Source of the DNA: the human T2T-CHM13v2.0 reference genome, Homo sapiens
Strand: one strand, 5' to 3'
Assembly (NCBI RefSeq): GCF_009914755.1
Contig: NC_060944.1
DNA: 64,000 bases
Below are positions 11,001 through 23,000 of the stretch, piece by piece. Numbering within the stretch: position 1 is the first letter of the stretch; every line of letters begins with the position of its first letter. The translations under genes and the position numbers were made by a program. The notes below the pieces were generated by a model, which was not told the DNA's origin, ran no database searches, and worked only from the letters and a program-made list of their open reading frames with translations.

Positions 11001-14000
11001 TCTCAGAAACTTCGTTGGGATGTTTCGATTGAAGTCCCAGTGTTGAACATTCCCTTTTATAGAGCAGGTTGGAAACACTCTTTCTGCATTCCCTGGAAGT
11101 GGACATTTGGAGCGCTTTCAGGACGACGGTGAAAATGGAAATATCTTCCAAGAAAATCTAGATAGAAGCAATGTCAGAAACTTTTATGTGATGGATCTAC
11201 TCAGCTAACAGAGTTGAACCTTTCTTTTGAGAGAGCAGTTTTGCAACACTCTTTTTGTGGAATATGCAAGTGGATATTAGGGCAGCTTTGAGGATTTCGT
11301 TGGAAACGGGAATACATGTAAAAAGCAGACAGCAGCATTCTCAGAAACTTCTTTGTGATGTTTGCATTGAAGTCACAGAGTTGAACATTCCCTTTGAGAG
11401 AGCAGGTTTGAAACACGCCTTTTGTCATATCTGGAAGTGTCCATTCGGAGCGCATTCAGGCTTGTGTTGAAAAAGGAAATATCCTCCCAGAAAAACTAGA
11501 CAGAAGCATTCTCAGAAACTTATCTGTGATGTATGTACTCAACTAACAGAACTAAACCATCGTTTTGAAGGAGCAGTTTTGAAACACTCATTTTGCGGAA
11601 TCTGCAAGTGGATATTTGGCTAGCTGGGAGGATTTCGTTGGAAACGGGATTACATACAAAAAGCAGACAGCAGCATTCTCAGAAACTTCTTTGTGATGTT
11701 TGCATTCAAGTCACAGAGTTGAACATTCCCTTTCATAGAGCAGGTTTGAAACACTCTTTTTGTAGTATCTGGATGTGGACATTTGGATCGCTTTCAGGCC
11801 TATGGTGAAAAAGGAAATATCTTCCCATGAAAACTAGACAGAAGCATTCTCAGAAACTTATTTGTGATGTGTGCCCTCAACTGACAGTGTTGAACCTTTG
11901 TTTTGATAGAGCAGTTCTGAAACACACTTTTTGTAAAATCTGCAAGAGGATATTTGGATAGCTTTGAGGATTTCGTTCGAAACGGGAATGTCTTCATGTA
12001 AACTCTAGACAGAAGCATTCTCAGAAACTGCTTTGGGATGTTTCAATTGAAGTCCCAGTGTTGAACATTCCCTTTCATAGAGCAGGTTTGAAACACTCTT
12101 TTTGTACTATCTGGAAGTGGACATTTGGAGCGCTTTCAGGTCTACGGTGAAAAAGGAGATATCTTCCAATAAAAACTAGATAGAAGCAATGTCAGAACTT
12201 TTTTCATGATGTATCTACTCAGCAAACAGAGTTGAACCTTTCTTTTGAGAGAGCAGTTTTGAAACACTCTTTTTGTGGAATATGCAAGTGGGTATTAGGC
12301 CAGCTTGGAGGATTTCGTTGGAAACGGGAATACGTATAAAAAGCAGACAGCAGCATTGTCAGAAACTACTTTGTGATGTTTGCATTCAAGTCACAGAATT
12401 GAACACTCCCTTTCACAGAGCAGGTTTGAAACACTCTTTTTGTAGTGTCTGTAAGTGAACATTTGGATTGCTTTCAGGCCTAAGGTGAAAAAGGAAATAT
12501 CTTCCCATAAAAACTAGACAGAAGCATTCTCAGAAACTTGTTTGTGATGTGTGCCCTCTACTGACAGAGTTGAACCTTTCTTTGCAAAGAGCAGTTTTGA
12601 AACACCCTTTTTGTAGAATCTGCAAGAGGATATTTGGATAGCTTTGAGGATTTCTTGGGAAACGGGAATGTCTTCAGATAAACTCTAGACAGAAGCATTC
12701 TCAGAAACTTCTTTGGGATGTTTCAATTGAAGTCACAGTGTTGAACATTCCCTTTCACAGAGCAGGTTTGAAACACTCTTTTTGTAGTGTCTATAAGTGA
12801 ACATTTGGCGTGCTTTCAGGCGTAACGTGAAAAAGGAAATATCTTCCCATAAAAACTAGACAGAAGCATTCTCAGAAACTTGTTCTTGATGTGTCCCCTC
12901 TACTGACAGAGTTGAACCTTTCTTTGCAAAGAGCAGCTTTGAAACACACTTTTTGTAGAATCTGCAAGAGGATATTTGGATAGCTTGGAGGATTTCGTTG
13001 GAAACGGGTATGTCTTCAGATAAACTCTAGACAGAAGCATTCTCAGAAACTTCTTTGGGATGTTGCATTCAAGTCACAGAGTAGAACATTCCCATTCATA
13101 GAGCAGATTTGAAACACTCTTTTTGTAGTATCTGGAAGTGGACATTTGGAGCGCTTTCAGGCCTATGTTGAAAAAGGAAATATCTTCCCATAAAAACTAG
13201 ACGGAAGCATTCTCAGAAACTTATTTGTGATGTGTTTGCTCAACTAACAGGATTGAACCATCGTTTTGAAGGAGCAGTTTTGAAACACTGTTTTCGTGGA
13301 ATCTGCAAGTGGATATTTGGCTAGCTTTGAGGATTTCGTTGGAAACGGGATTACATATAAAAAGGAGACAGCAGCATTCTCAGAAACTTCTTTGTGATGT
13401 CTGCATTCAATTCACAGAGTTGAGCATTCCCTTTCATAGAGCAGGTTGGAAACACTCTTTTTGTAGTATCTGGATGAGGACATTTGGAGCGCTTTCAGGC
13501 GTATGGTGAAAAAGGAAATATCTTCCCGTAAAAACTAGACAGAAGCATTCTCAGAAGTTTATTTGTGATGTGTGCCCTCAACTAACAGAGTTGAACCTTT
13601 CTTTTGATAGAGCAGTTTTGAAACACTCTTTTTGTAAAATCTGCAAGAGGATATTTGGATAGCTTTGAGGATTTCGTTGCAAACGGGAATGGCTTCATAT
13701 AAACTCTAGACAGAAGCATTCTCAGAAACTTCGTTGGGATGTTTCGATTGAAGTCCCAGTGTTGAACACTCCTTTTTATAGAGCAGGTTGGAAACACTCT
13801 TTCTGCATTCCCTGGAAGTGGACATTTGGAGCGCTTTCAGGACGACGGTGAAAATGGAAATATCTTCCAAGAAAATCTAGATAGAAGCAATGTCAGAAAC
13901 TTTTATGTGATGGATCTACTCAGCTAACAGAGTTGAACCTTTCTTTTGAGAGAGCAGTTTTGCAACACTCTTTTTGTGGAATATGCAAGTGGATATTAGG

Positions 14001-17000
14001 GCAGCTTTGAGGATTTCGTTGGAAACGGGAATACATGTAAAAAGCAGACAGCAGCATTCTCAGAAACTTCTTTGTGATGTTTGCATTGAAGTCACAGAGT
14101 TGAACATTCCCTTTGAGAGAGCAGGTTTGAAACACGCCTTTTGTCATATCTGGAAGTGTCCATTCGGAGCGCATTCAGGCTTGTGTTGAAAAAGGAAATA
14201 TCCTCCCAGAAAAACTAGACAGAAGCATTCTCAGAAACTTATCTGTGATGTATGTACTCAACTAACAGAACTAAACCATCGTTTTGAAGGAGCAGTTTTG
14301 AAACACTCATTTTGCGGAATCTGCAAGTGGATATTTGGCTAGCTGGGAGGATTTCGTTGGAAACGGGATTACATACAAAAAGCAGACAGCAGCATTCTCA
14401 GAAACTTCTTTGTGATGTTTGCATTCAAGTCACAGAGTTGAACATTCCCTTTCATAGAGCAGGTTTGAAACACTCTTTTTGTAGTATCTGGATGTGGACA
14501 TTTGGATCGCTTTCAGGCCTATGGTGAAAAAGGAAATATCTTCCCATGAAAACTAGACAGAAGCATTCTCAGAAACTTATTTGTGATGTGTGCCCTCAAC
14601 TGACAGTGTTGAACCTTTGTTTTGATAGAGCAGTTCTGAAACACACTTTTTGTAAAATCTGCAAGAGGATATTTGGATAGCTTTGAGGATTTCGTTCGAA
14701 ACGGGAATGTCTTCATGTAAACTCTAGACAGAAGCATTCTCAGAAACTGCTTTGGGATGTTTCAATTGAAGTCCCAGTGTTGAACATTCCCTTTCATAGA
14801 GCAGGTTTGAAACACTCTTTTTGTACTATCTGGAAGTGGACATTTGGAGCGCTTTCAGGTCTACGGTGAAAAAGGAGATATCTTCCAATAAAAACTAGAT
14901 AGAAGCAATGTCAGAACTTTTTTCATGATGTATCTACTCAGCAAACAGAGTTGAACCTTTCTTTTGAGAGAGCAGTTTTGAAACACTCTTTTTGTGGAAT
15001 ATGCAAGTGGGTATTAGGCCAGCTTGGAGGATTTCGTTGGAAACGGGAATACGTATAAAAAGCAGACAGCAGCATTGTCAGAAACTACTTTGTGATGTTT
15101 GCATTCAAGTCACAGAATTGAACACTCCCTTTCACAGAGCAGGTTTGAAACACTCTTTTTGTAGTGTCTGTAAGTGAACATTTGGATTGCTTTCAGGCCT
15201 AAGGTGAAAAAGGAAATATCTTCCCATAAAAACTAGACAGAAGCATTCTCAGAAACTTGTTTGTGATGTGTGCCCTCTACTGACAGAGTTGAACCTTTCT
15301 TTGCAAAGAGCAGTTTTGAAACACCCTTTTTGTAGAATCTGCAAGAGGATATTTGGATAGCTTTGAGGATTTCTTGGGAAACGGGAATGTCTTCAGATAA
15401 ACTCTAGACAGAAGCATTCTCAGAAACTTCTTTGGGATGTTTCAATTGAAGTCACAGTGTTGAACATTCCCTTTCACAGAGCAGGTTTGAAACACTCTTT
15501 TTGTAGTGTCTATAAGTGAACATTTGGCGTGCTTTCAGGCGTAACGTGAAAAAGGAAATATCTTCCCATAAAAACTAGACAGAAGCATTCTCAGAAACTT
15601 GTTCGTGATGTGTCCCCTCTACTGACAGAGTTGAACCTTTCTTTGCAAAGAGCAGCTTTGAAACACTCTTTTTGTAGAATCTGCAAGAGGATATTTGGAC
15701 AGCTTGGAGGATTTCGTTGGAAACGGGTATGTCTTCAGATAAACTCTAGACAGAAGCATTCTCAGAAACTTCTTTGGGATGTTGCATTCAAGTCACAGAG
15801 TAGAACATTCCCATTCATAGAGCAGATTTGAAACACTCTTTTTGTAGTATCTGGAAGTGGACATTTGGAGCGCTTTCAGGCCTATGTTGAAAAAGGAAAT
15901 ATCTTCCCATAAAAACTAGACGGAAGCATTCTCAGAAACTTATTTGTGATGTGTTTGCTCAACTAACAGGATTGAACCATCGTTTTGAAGGAGCAGTTTT
16001 GAAACACTGTTTTCGTGGAATCTGCAAGTGGATATTTGGCTAGCTTTGAGGATTTCGTTGGAAACGGGATTACATATAAAAAGGAGACAGCAGCATTCTC
16101 AGAAACTTCTTTGTGATGTCTGCATTCAATTCACAGAGTTGAGCATTCCCTTTCATAGAGCAGGTTGGAAACACTCTTTTTGTAGTATCTGGATGAGGAC
16201 ATTTGGAGCGCTTTCAGGCGTATGGTGAAAAAGGAAATATCTTCCCGTAAAAACTAGACAGAAGCATTCTCAGAAGTTTATTTGTGATGTGTGCCCTCAA
16301 CTAACAGAGTTGAACCTTTCTTTTGATAGAGCAGTTTTGAAACACTCTTTTTGTAAAATCTGCAAGAGGATATTTGGATAGCTTTGAGGATTTCGTTGCA
16401 AACGGGAATGGCTTCATATAAACTCTAGACAGAAGCATTCTCAGAAACTTCGTTGGGATGTTTCGATTGAAGTCCCAGTGTTGAACACTCCTTTTTATAG
16501 AGCAGGTTGGAAACACTCTTTCTGCATTCCCTGGAAGTGGACATTTGGAGCGCTTTCAGGACGACGGTGAAAATGGAAATATCTTCCAATAAAATCTAGA
16601 TAGAAGCAACGTCAGAAACTTTTATGTGATGGATCTACTCAGCTAACAGAGTTGAACCTTTCTTTTGAGAGAGCAGTTTTGCAACACTCTTTTTGTGGAA
16701 TATGCAAGTGGATATTAGGGCAGCTTTGAGGATTTCGTTGGAAACGGGAATACATGTAAAAAGCAGACAGCAGCATTCTCAGAAACTTCTTTGTGATGTT
16801 TGCATTGAAGTCACAGAGTTGAACATTCCCTTTGAGAGAGCAGGTTTGAAACACGCCTTTTGTCATATCTGGAAGTGTCCATTCGGAGCGCATTCAGGCT
16901 TGTGTTGAAAAAGGAAATATCCTCCCAGAAAAACTAGACAGAAGCATTCTCAGAAACTTATCTGTGATGTATGTACTCAACTAACAGAACTAAACCATCG

Positions 17001-20000
17001 TTTTGAAGGAGCAGTTTTGAAACACTCTTTTTGCGGAATCTGCAAGTGGATATTTGGCTAGCTGGGAGGATTTCGTTGGAAACGGGATTACATACAAAAA
17101 GCAGACAGCAGCATTCTCAGAAACTTCTTTGTGATGTTTGCATTCAAGTCACAGAGTTGAACATTCCCTTTCATAGAGCAGGTTTGAAACACTCTTTTTG
17201 TAGTATCTGGATGTGGACATTTGGATCGCTTTCAGGCCTATGGTGAAAAAGGAAATATCTTCCCATGAAAACTAGACAGAAGCATTCTCAGAAACTTATT
17301 TGTGATGTGTGCCCTCAACTGACAGTGTTGAACCTTTGTTTTGATAGAGCAGTTCTGAAACACACTTTTTGTAAAATCTGCAAGAGGATATTTGGATAGC
17401 TTTGAGGATTTCGTTGGAAACGGGAATGTCTTCATGTAAACTCTAGACAGAAGCATTCTCAGAAACTGCTTTGGGATGTTTCAATTGAAGTCCCAGTGTT
17501 GAACATTCCCTTTCATAGAGCAGGTTTGAAACACTCTTTTTGTACTATCTGGAAGTGGACATTTGGAGCGCTTTCAGGTCTATGGTGAAAAAGGAGATAT
17601 CTTCCAATAAAAACTAGATAGAAGCAATGTCAGAACTTTTTTCATGATGTATCTACTCAGCAAACAGAGTTGAACCTTTCTTTTGAGAGAGCAGTTTTGA
17701 AACACTCTTTTTGTGGAATATGCAAGTGGGTATTAGGCCAGCTTGGAGGATTTCGTTGGAAACGGGAATACGTATAAAAAGCAGACAGCAGCATTGTCAG
17801 AAACTACTTTGTGATGTTTGCATTCAAGTCACAGAATTGAACACTCCCTTTCACAGAGCAGGTTTGAAACACTCTTTTTGTAGTGTCTGTAAGTGAACAT
17901 TTGGATTGCTTTCAGGCCTAAGGTGAAAAAGGAAATATCTTCCCATAAAAACTAGACAGAAGCATTCTCAGAAACTTGTTTGTGATGTGTGCCCTCTACT
18001 GACAGAGTTGAAGCTTTCTTTGCAAAGAGCAGTTTTGAAACACTCTTTTTGTAGAATCTGCAAGAGGATATTTGGATAGCTTTGAGGATTTCTTGGGAAA
18101 CGGGAATGTCTTCAGATAAACTCTAGACAGAAGCATTCTCAGAAACTTCTTTGGGATGTTTCAATTGAAGTCACAGTGTTGAACATTCCCTTTCACAGAG
18201 CAGGTTTGAAACACTCTTTTTGTAGTGTCTATAAGTGAACATTTGGCGTGCTTTCAGGCCTAACGTGAAAAAGGAAATATCTTCCCATAAAAACTAGACA
18301 GAAGCATTCTCAGAAACTTGTTCTTGATGTGTCCCCTCTACTGACAGAGTTGAACCTTTCTTTGCAAAGAGCAGCTTTGAAACACTCTTTTTGTAGAATC
18401 TGCAAGAGGATATTTGGATAGCTTGGAGGATTTCGTTGGAAACGGGTATGTCTTCAGATAAACTCTAGACAGAAGCATTCTCAGAAACTTCTTTGGGATG
18501 TTGCATTCAAGTCACAGAGTAGAACATTCCCATTCATAGAGCAGATTTGAAACACTCTTTTTGTAGTATCTGGAAGTGGACATTTGGAGCGCTTTCAGGC
18601 CTATGTTGAAAAAGGAAATATCTTCCCATAAAAACTAGACGGAAGCATTCTCAGAAACTTATTTGTGATGTGTTTGCTCAACTAACAGGATTGAACCATC
18701 GTTTTGAAGGAGCAGTTTTGAAACACTGTTTTCGTGGAATCTGCAAGTGGATATTTGGCTAGCTTTGAGGATTTCGTTGGAAACGGGATTACATATAAAA
18801 AGGAGACAGCAGCATTCTCAGAAACTTCTTTGTGATGTCTGCATTCAATTCACAGAGTTGAGCATTCCCTTTCATAGAGCAGGTTGGAAACACTCTTTTT
18901 GTAGTATCTGGATGAGGACATTTGGAGCGCTTTCAGGCGTATGGTGAAAAAGGAAATATCTTCCCGTAAAAACTAGACAGAAGCATTCTCAGAAGTTTAT
19001 TTGTGATGTGTGCCCTCAACTAACAGAGTTGAACCTTTCTTTTGATAGAGCAGTTTTGAAACACTCTTTTTGTAAAATCTGCAAGAGGATATTTGGATAG
19101 CTTTGAGGATTTCGTTGCAAACGGGAATGGCTTCATATAAACTCTAGACAGAAGCATTCTCAGAAACTTCGTTGGGATGTTTCGATTGAAGTCCCAGTGT
19201 TGAACATTCCCTTTTATAGAGCAGGTTGGAAACACTCTTTCTGCATTCCCTGGAAGTGGACATTTGGAGCGCTTTCAGGACGACGGTGAAAATGGAAATA
19301 TCTTCCAAGAAAATCTAGATAGAAGCAATGTCAGAAACTTTTATGTGATGGATCTACTCAGCTAACAGAGTTGAACCTTTCTTTTGAGAGAGCAGTTTTG
19401 CAACACTCTTTTTGTGGAATATGCAAGTGGATATTAGGGCAGCTTTGAGGATTTCGTTGGAAACGGGAATACATGTAAAAAGCAGACAGCAGCATTCTCA
19501 GAAACTTCTTTGTGATGTTTGCATTGAAGTCACAGAGTTGAACATTCCCTTTGAGAGAGCAGGTTTGAAACACGCCTTTTGTCATATCTGGAAGTGTCCA
19601 TTCGGAGCGCATTCAGGCTTGTGTTGAAAAAGGAAATATCCTCCCATAAAAACTAGACAGAAGCATTCTCAGAAACTTATCTGTGATGTATGTACTCAAC
19701 TAACAGAACTAAACCATCGTTTTGAAGGAGCAGTTTTGAAACACTCATTTTGCGGAATCTGCAAGTGGATATTTGGCTAGCTGGGAGGATTTCGTTGGAA
19801 ACGGGATTACATACAAAAAGCAGACAGCAGCATTCTCAGAAACTTCTTTGTGATGTTTGCATTCAAGTCACAGAGTTGAACATTCCCTTTCATAGAGCAG
19901 GTTTGAAACACTCTTTTTGTAGTATCTGGATGTGGACATTTGGATCGCTTTCAGGCCTATGGTGAAAAAGGAAATATCTTCCCATGAAAACTAGACAGAA

Positions 20001-23000
20001 GCATTCTCAGAAACTTATTTGTGATGTGTGCCCTCAACTGACAGTGTTGAACCTTTGTTTTGATAGAGCAGTTCTGAAACACACTTTTTGTAAAATCTGC
20101 AAGAGGATATTTGGATAGCTTTGAGGATTTCGTTCGAAACGGGAATGTCTTCATGTAAACTCTAGACAGAAGCATTCTCAGAAACTGCTTTGGGATGTTT
20201 CAATTGAAGTCCCAGTGTTGAACATTCCCTTTCATAGAGCAGGTTTGAAACACTCTTTTTGTACTATCTGGAAGTGGACATTTGGAGCGCTTTCAGGTCT
20301 ACGGTGAAAAAGGAGATATCTTCCAATAAAAACTAGATAGAAGCAATGTCAGAACTTTTTTCATGATGTATCTACTCAGCAAACAGAGTTGAACCTTTCT
20401 TTTGAGAGAGCAGTTTTGAAACACTCTTTTTGTGGAATATGCAAGTGGGTATTAGGCCAGCTTGGAGGATTTCGTTGGAAACGGGAATACGTATAAAAAG
20501 CAGACAGCAGCATTGTCAGAAACTACTTTGTGATGTTTGCATTCAAGTCACAGAATTGAACACTCCCTTTCACAGAGCAGGTTTGAAACACTCTTTTTGT
20601 AGTGTCTGTAAGTGAACATTTGGATTGCTTTCAGGCCTAAGGTGAAAAAGGAAATATCTTCCCATAAAAACTAGACAGAAGCATTCTCAGAAACTTGTTT
20701 GTGATGTGTGCCCTCTACTGACAGAGTTGAACCTTTCTTTGCAAAGAGCAGTTTTGAAACACTCTTTTTGTAGAATCTGCAAGAGGATATTTGGATAGCT
20801 TTGAGGATTTCTTGGGAAACGGGAATGTCTTCAGATAAACTCTAGACAGAAGCATTCTCAGAAACTTCTTTGGGATGTTTCAATTGAAGTCACAGTGTTG
20901 AACATTCCCTTTCACAGAGCAGGTTTGAAACACTCTTTTTGTAGTGTCTATAAGTGAACATTTGGCGTGCTTTCAGGCGTAACGTGAAAAAGGAAATATC
21001 TTCCCATAAAAACTAGACAGAAGCATTCTCAGAAACTTGTTCTTGATGTGTCCCCTCTACTGACAGAGTTGAACCTTTCTTTGCAAAGAGCAGCTTTGAA
21101 ACACACTTTTTGTAGAATCTGCAAGAGGATATTTGGATAGCTTGGAGGATTTCGTTGGAAACGGGTATGTCTTCAGATAAACTCTAGACAGAAGCATTCT
21201 CAGAAACTTCTTTGGGATGTTGCATTCAAGTCACAGAGTAGAACATTCCCATTCATAGAGCAGATTTGAAACACTCTTTTTGTAGTATCTGGAAGTGGAC
21301 ATTTGGAGCGCTTTCAGGCCTATGTTGAAAAAGGAAATATCTTCCCATAAAAACTAGACGGAAGCATTCTCAGAAACTTATTTGTGATGTGTTTGCTCAA
21401 CTAACAGGATTGAACCATCGTTTTGAAGGAGCAGTTTTGAAACACTGTTTTCGTGGAATCTGCAAGTGGATATTTGGCTAGCTTTGAGGATTTCGTTGGA
21501 AACGGGATTACATATAAAAAGGAGACAGCAGCATTCTCAGAAACTTCTTTGTGATGTCTGCATTCAATTCACAGAGTTGAGCATTCCCTTTCATAGAGCA
21601 GGTTGGAAACACTCTTTTTGTAGTATCTGGATGAGGACATTTGGAGCGCTTTCAGGCGTATGGTGAAAAAGGAAATATCTTCCCGTAAAAACTAGACAGA
21701 AGCATTCTCAGAAGTTTATTTGTGATGTGTGCCCTCAACTAACAGAGTTGAACCTTTCTTTTGATAGAGCAGTTTTGAAACACTCTTTTTGTAAAATCTG
21801 CAAGAGGATATTTGGATAGCTTTGAGGATTTCGTTGCAAACGGGAATGGCTTCATATAAACTCTAGACAGAAGCATTCTCAGAAACTTCGTTGGGATGTT
21901 TCGATTGAAGTCCCAGTGTTGAACACTCCTTTTTATAGAGCAGGTTGGAAACACTCTTTCTGCATTCCCTGGAAGTGGACATTTGGAGCGCTTTCAGGAC
22001 GACGGTGAAAATGGAAATATCTTCCAAGAAAATCTAGATAGAAGCAATGTCAGAAACTTTTATGTGATGGATCTACTCAGCTAACAGAGTTGAACCTTTC
22101 TTTTGAGAGAGCAGTTTTGCAACACTCTTTTTGTGGAATATGCAAGTGGATATTAGGGCAGCTTTGAGGATTTCGTTGGAAACGGGAATACATGTAAAAA
22201 GCAGACAGCAGCATTCTCAGAAACTTCTTTGTGATGTTTGCATTGAAGTCACAGAGTTGAACATTCCCTTTGAGAGAGCAGGTTTGAAACACGCCTTTTG
22301 TCATATCTGGAAGTGTCCATTCGGAGCGCATTCAGGCTTGTGTTGAAAAAGGAAATATCCTCCCATAAAAACTAGACAGAAGCATTCTCAGAAACTTATC
22401 TGTGATGTATGTACTCAACTAACAGAACTAAACCATCGTTTTGAAGGAGCAGTTTTGAAACACTCTTTTTGCGGAATCTGCAAGTGGATATTTGGCTAGC
22501 TGGGAGGATTTCGTTGGAAACGGGATTACATACAAAAAGCAGACAGCAGCATTCTCAGAAACTTCTTTGTGATGTTTGCATTCAAGTCACAGAGTTGAAC
22601 ATTCCCTTTCATAGAGCAGGTTTGAAACACTCTTTTTGTAGTATCTGGATGTGGACATTTGGATCGCTTTCAGGCCTATGGTGAAAAAGGAAATATCTTC
22701 CCATGAAAACTAGACAGAAGCATTCTCAGAAACTTATTTGTGATGTGTGCCCTCAACTGACAGTGTTGAACCTTTGTTTTGATAGAGCAGTTCTGAAACA
22801 CACTTTTTGTAAAATCTGCAAGAGGATATTTGGATAGCTTTGAGGATTTCGTTCGAAACGGGAATGTCTTCATGTAAACTCTAGACAGAAGCATTCTCAG
22901 AAACTGCTTTGGGATGTTTCAATTGAAGTCCCAGTGTTGAACATTCCCTTTCATAGAGCAGGTTTGAAACACTCTTTTTGTACTATCTGGAAGTGGACAT

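Larger units (their letters stand above)
183..13106 (+). repeat. Tandem duplication with 6456-bp (38-monomer) period
   Basis: The 8-mer junction and multiple rare SNPs recur at +6456 (e.g. aagctt 3398/9854, agagtcgaa ~4417/10873, cgttcgaa 5522/11978). The tract ttcatagagcag occurs at 183-194, 6639-6650 and 13095-13106. Confidence 0.9.
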
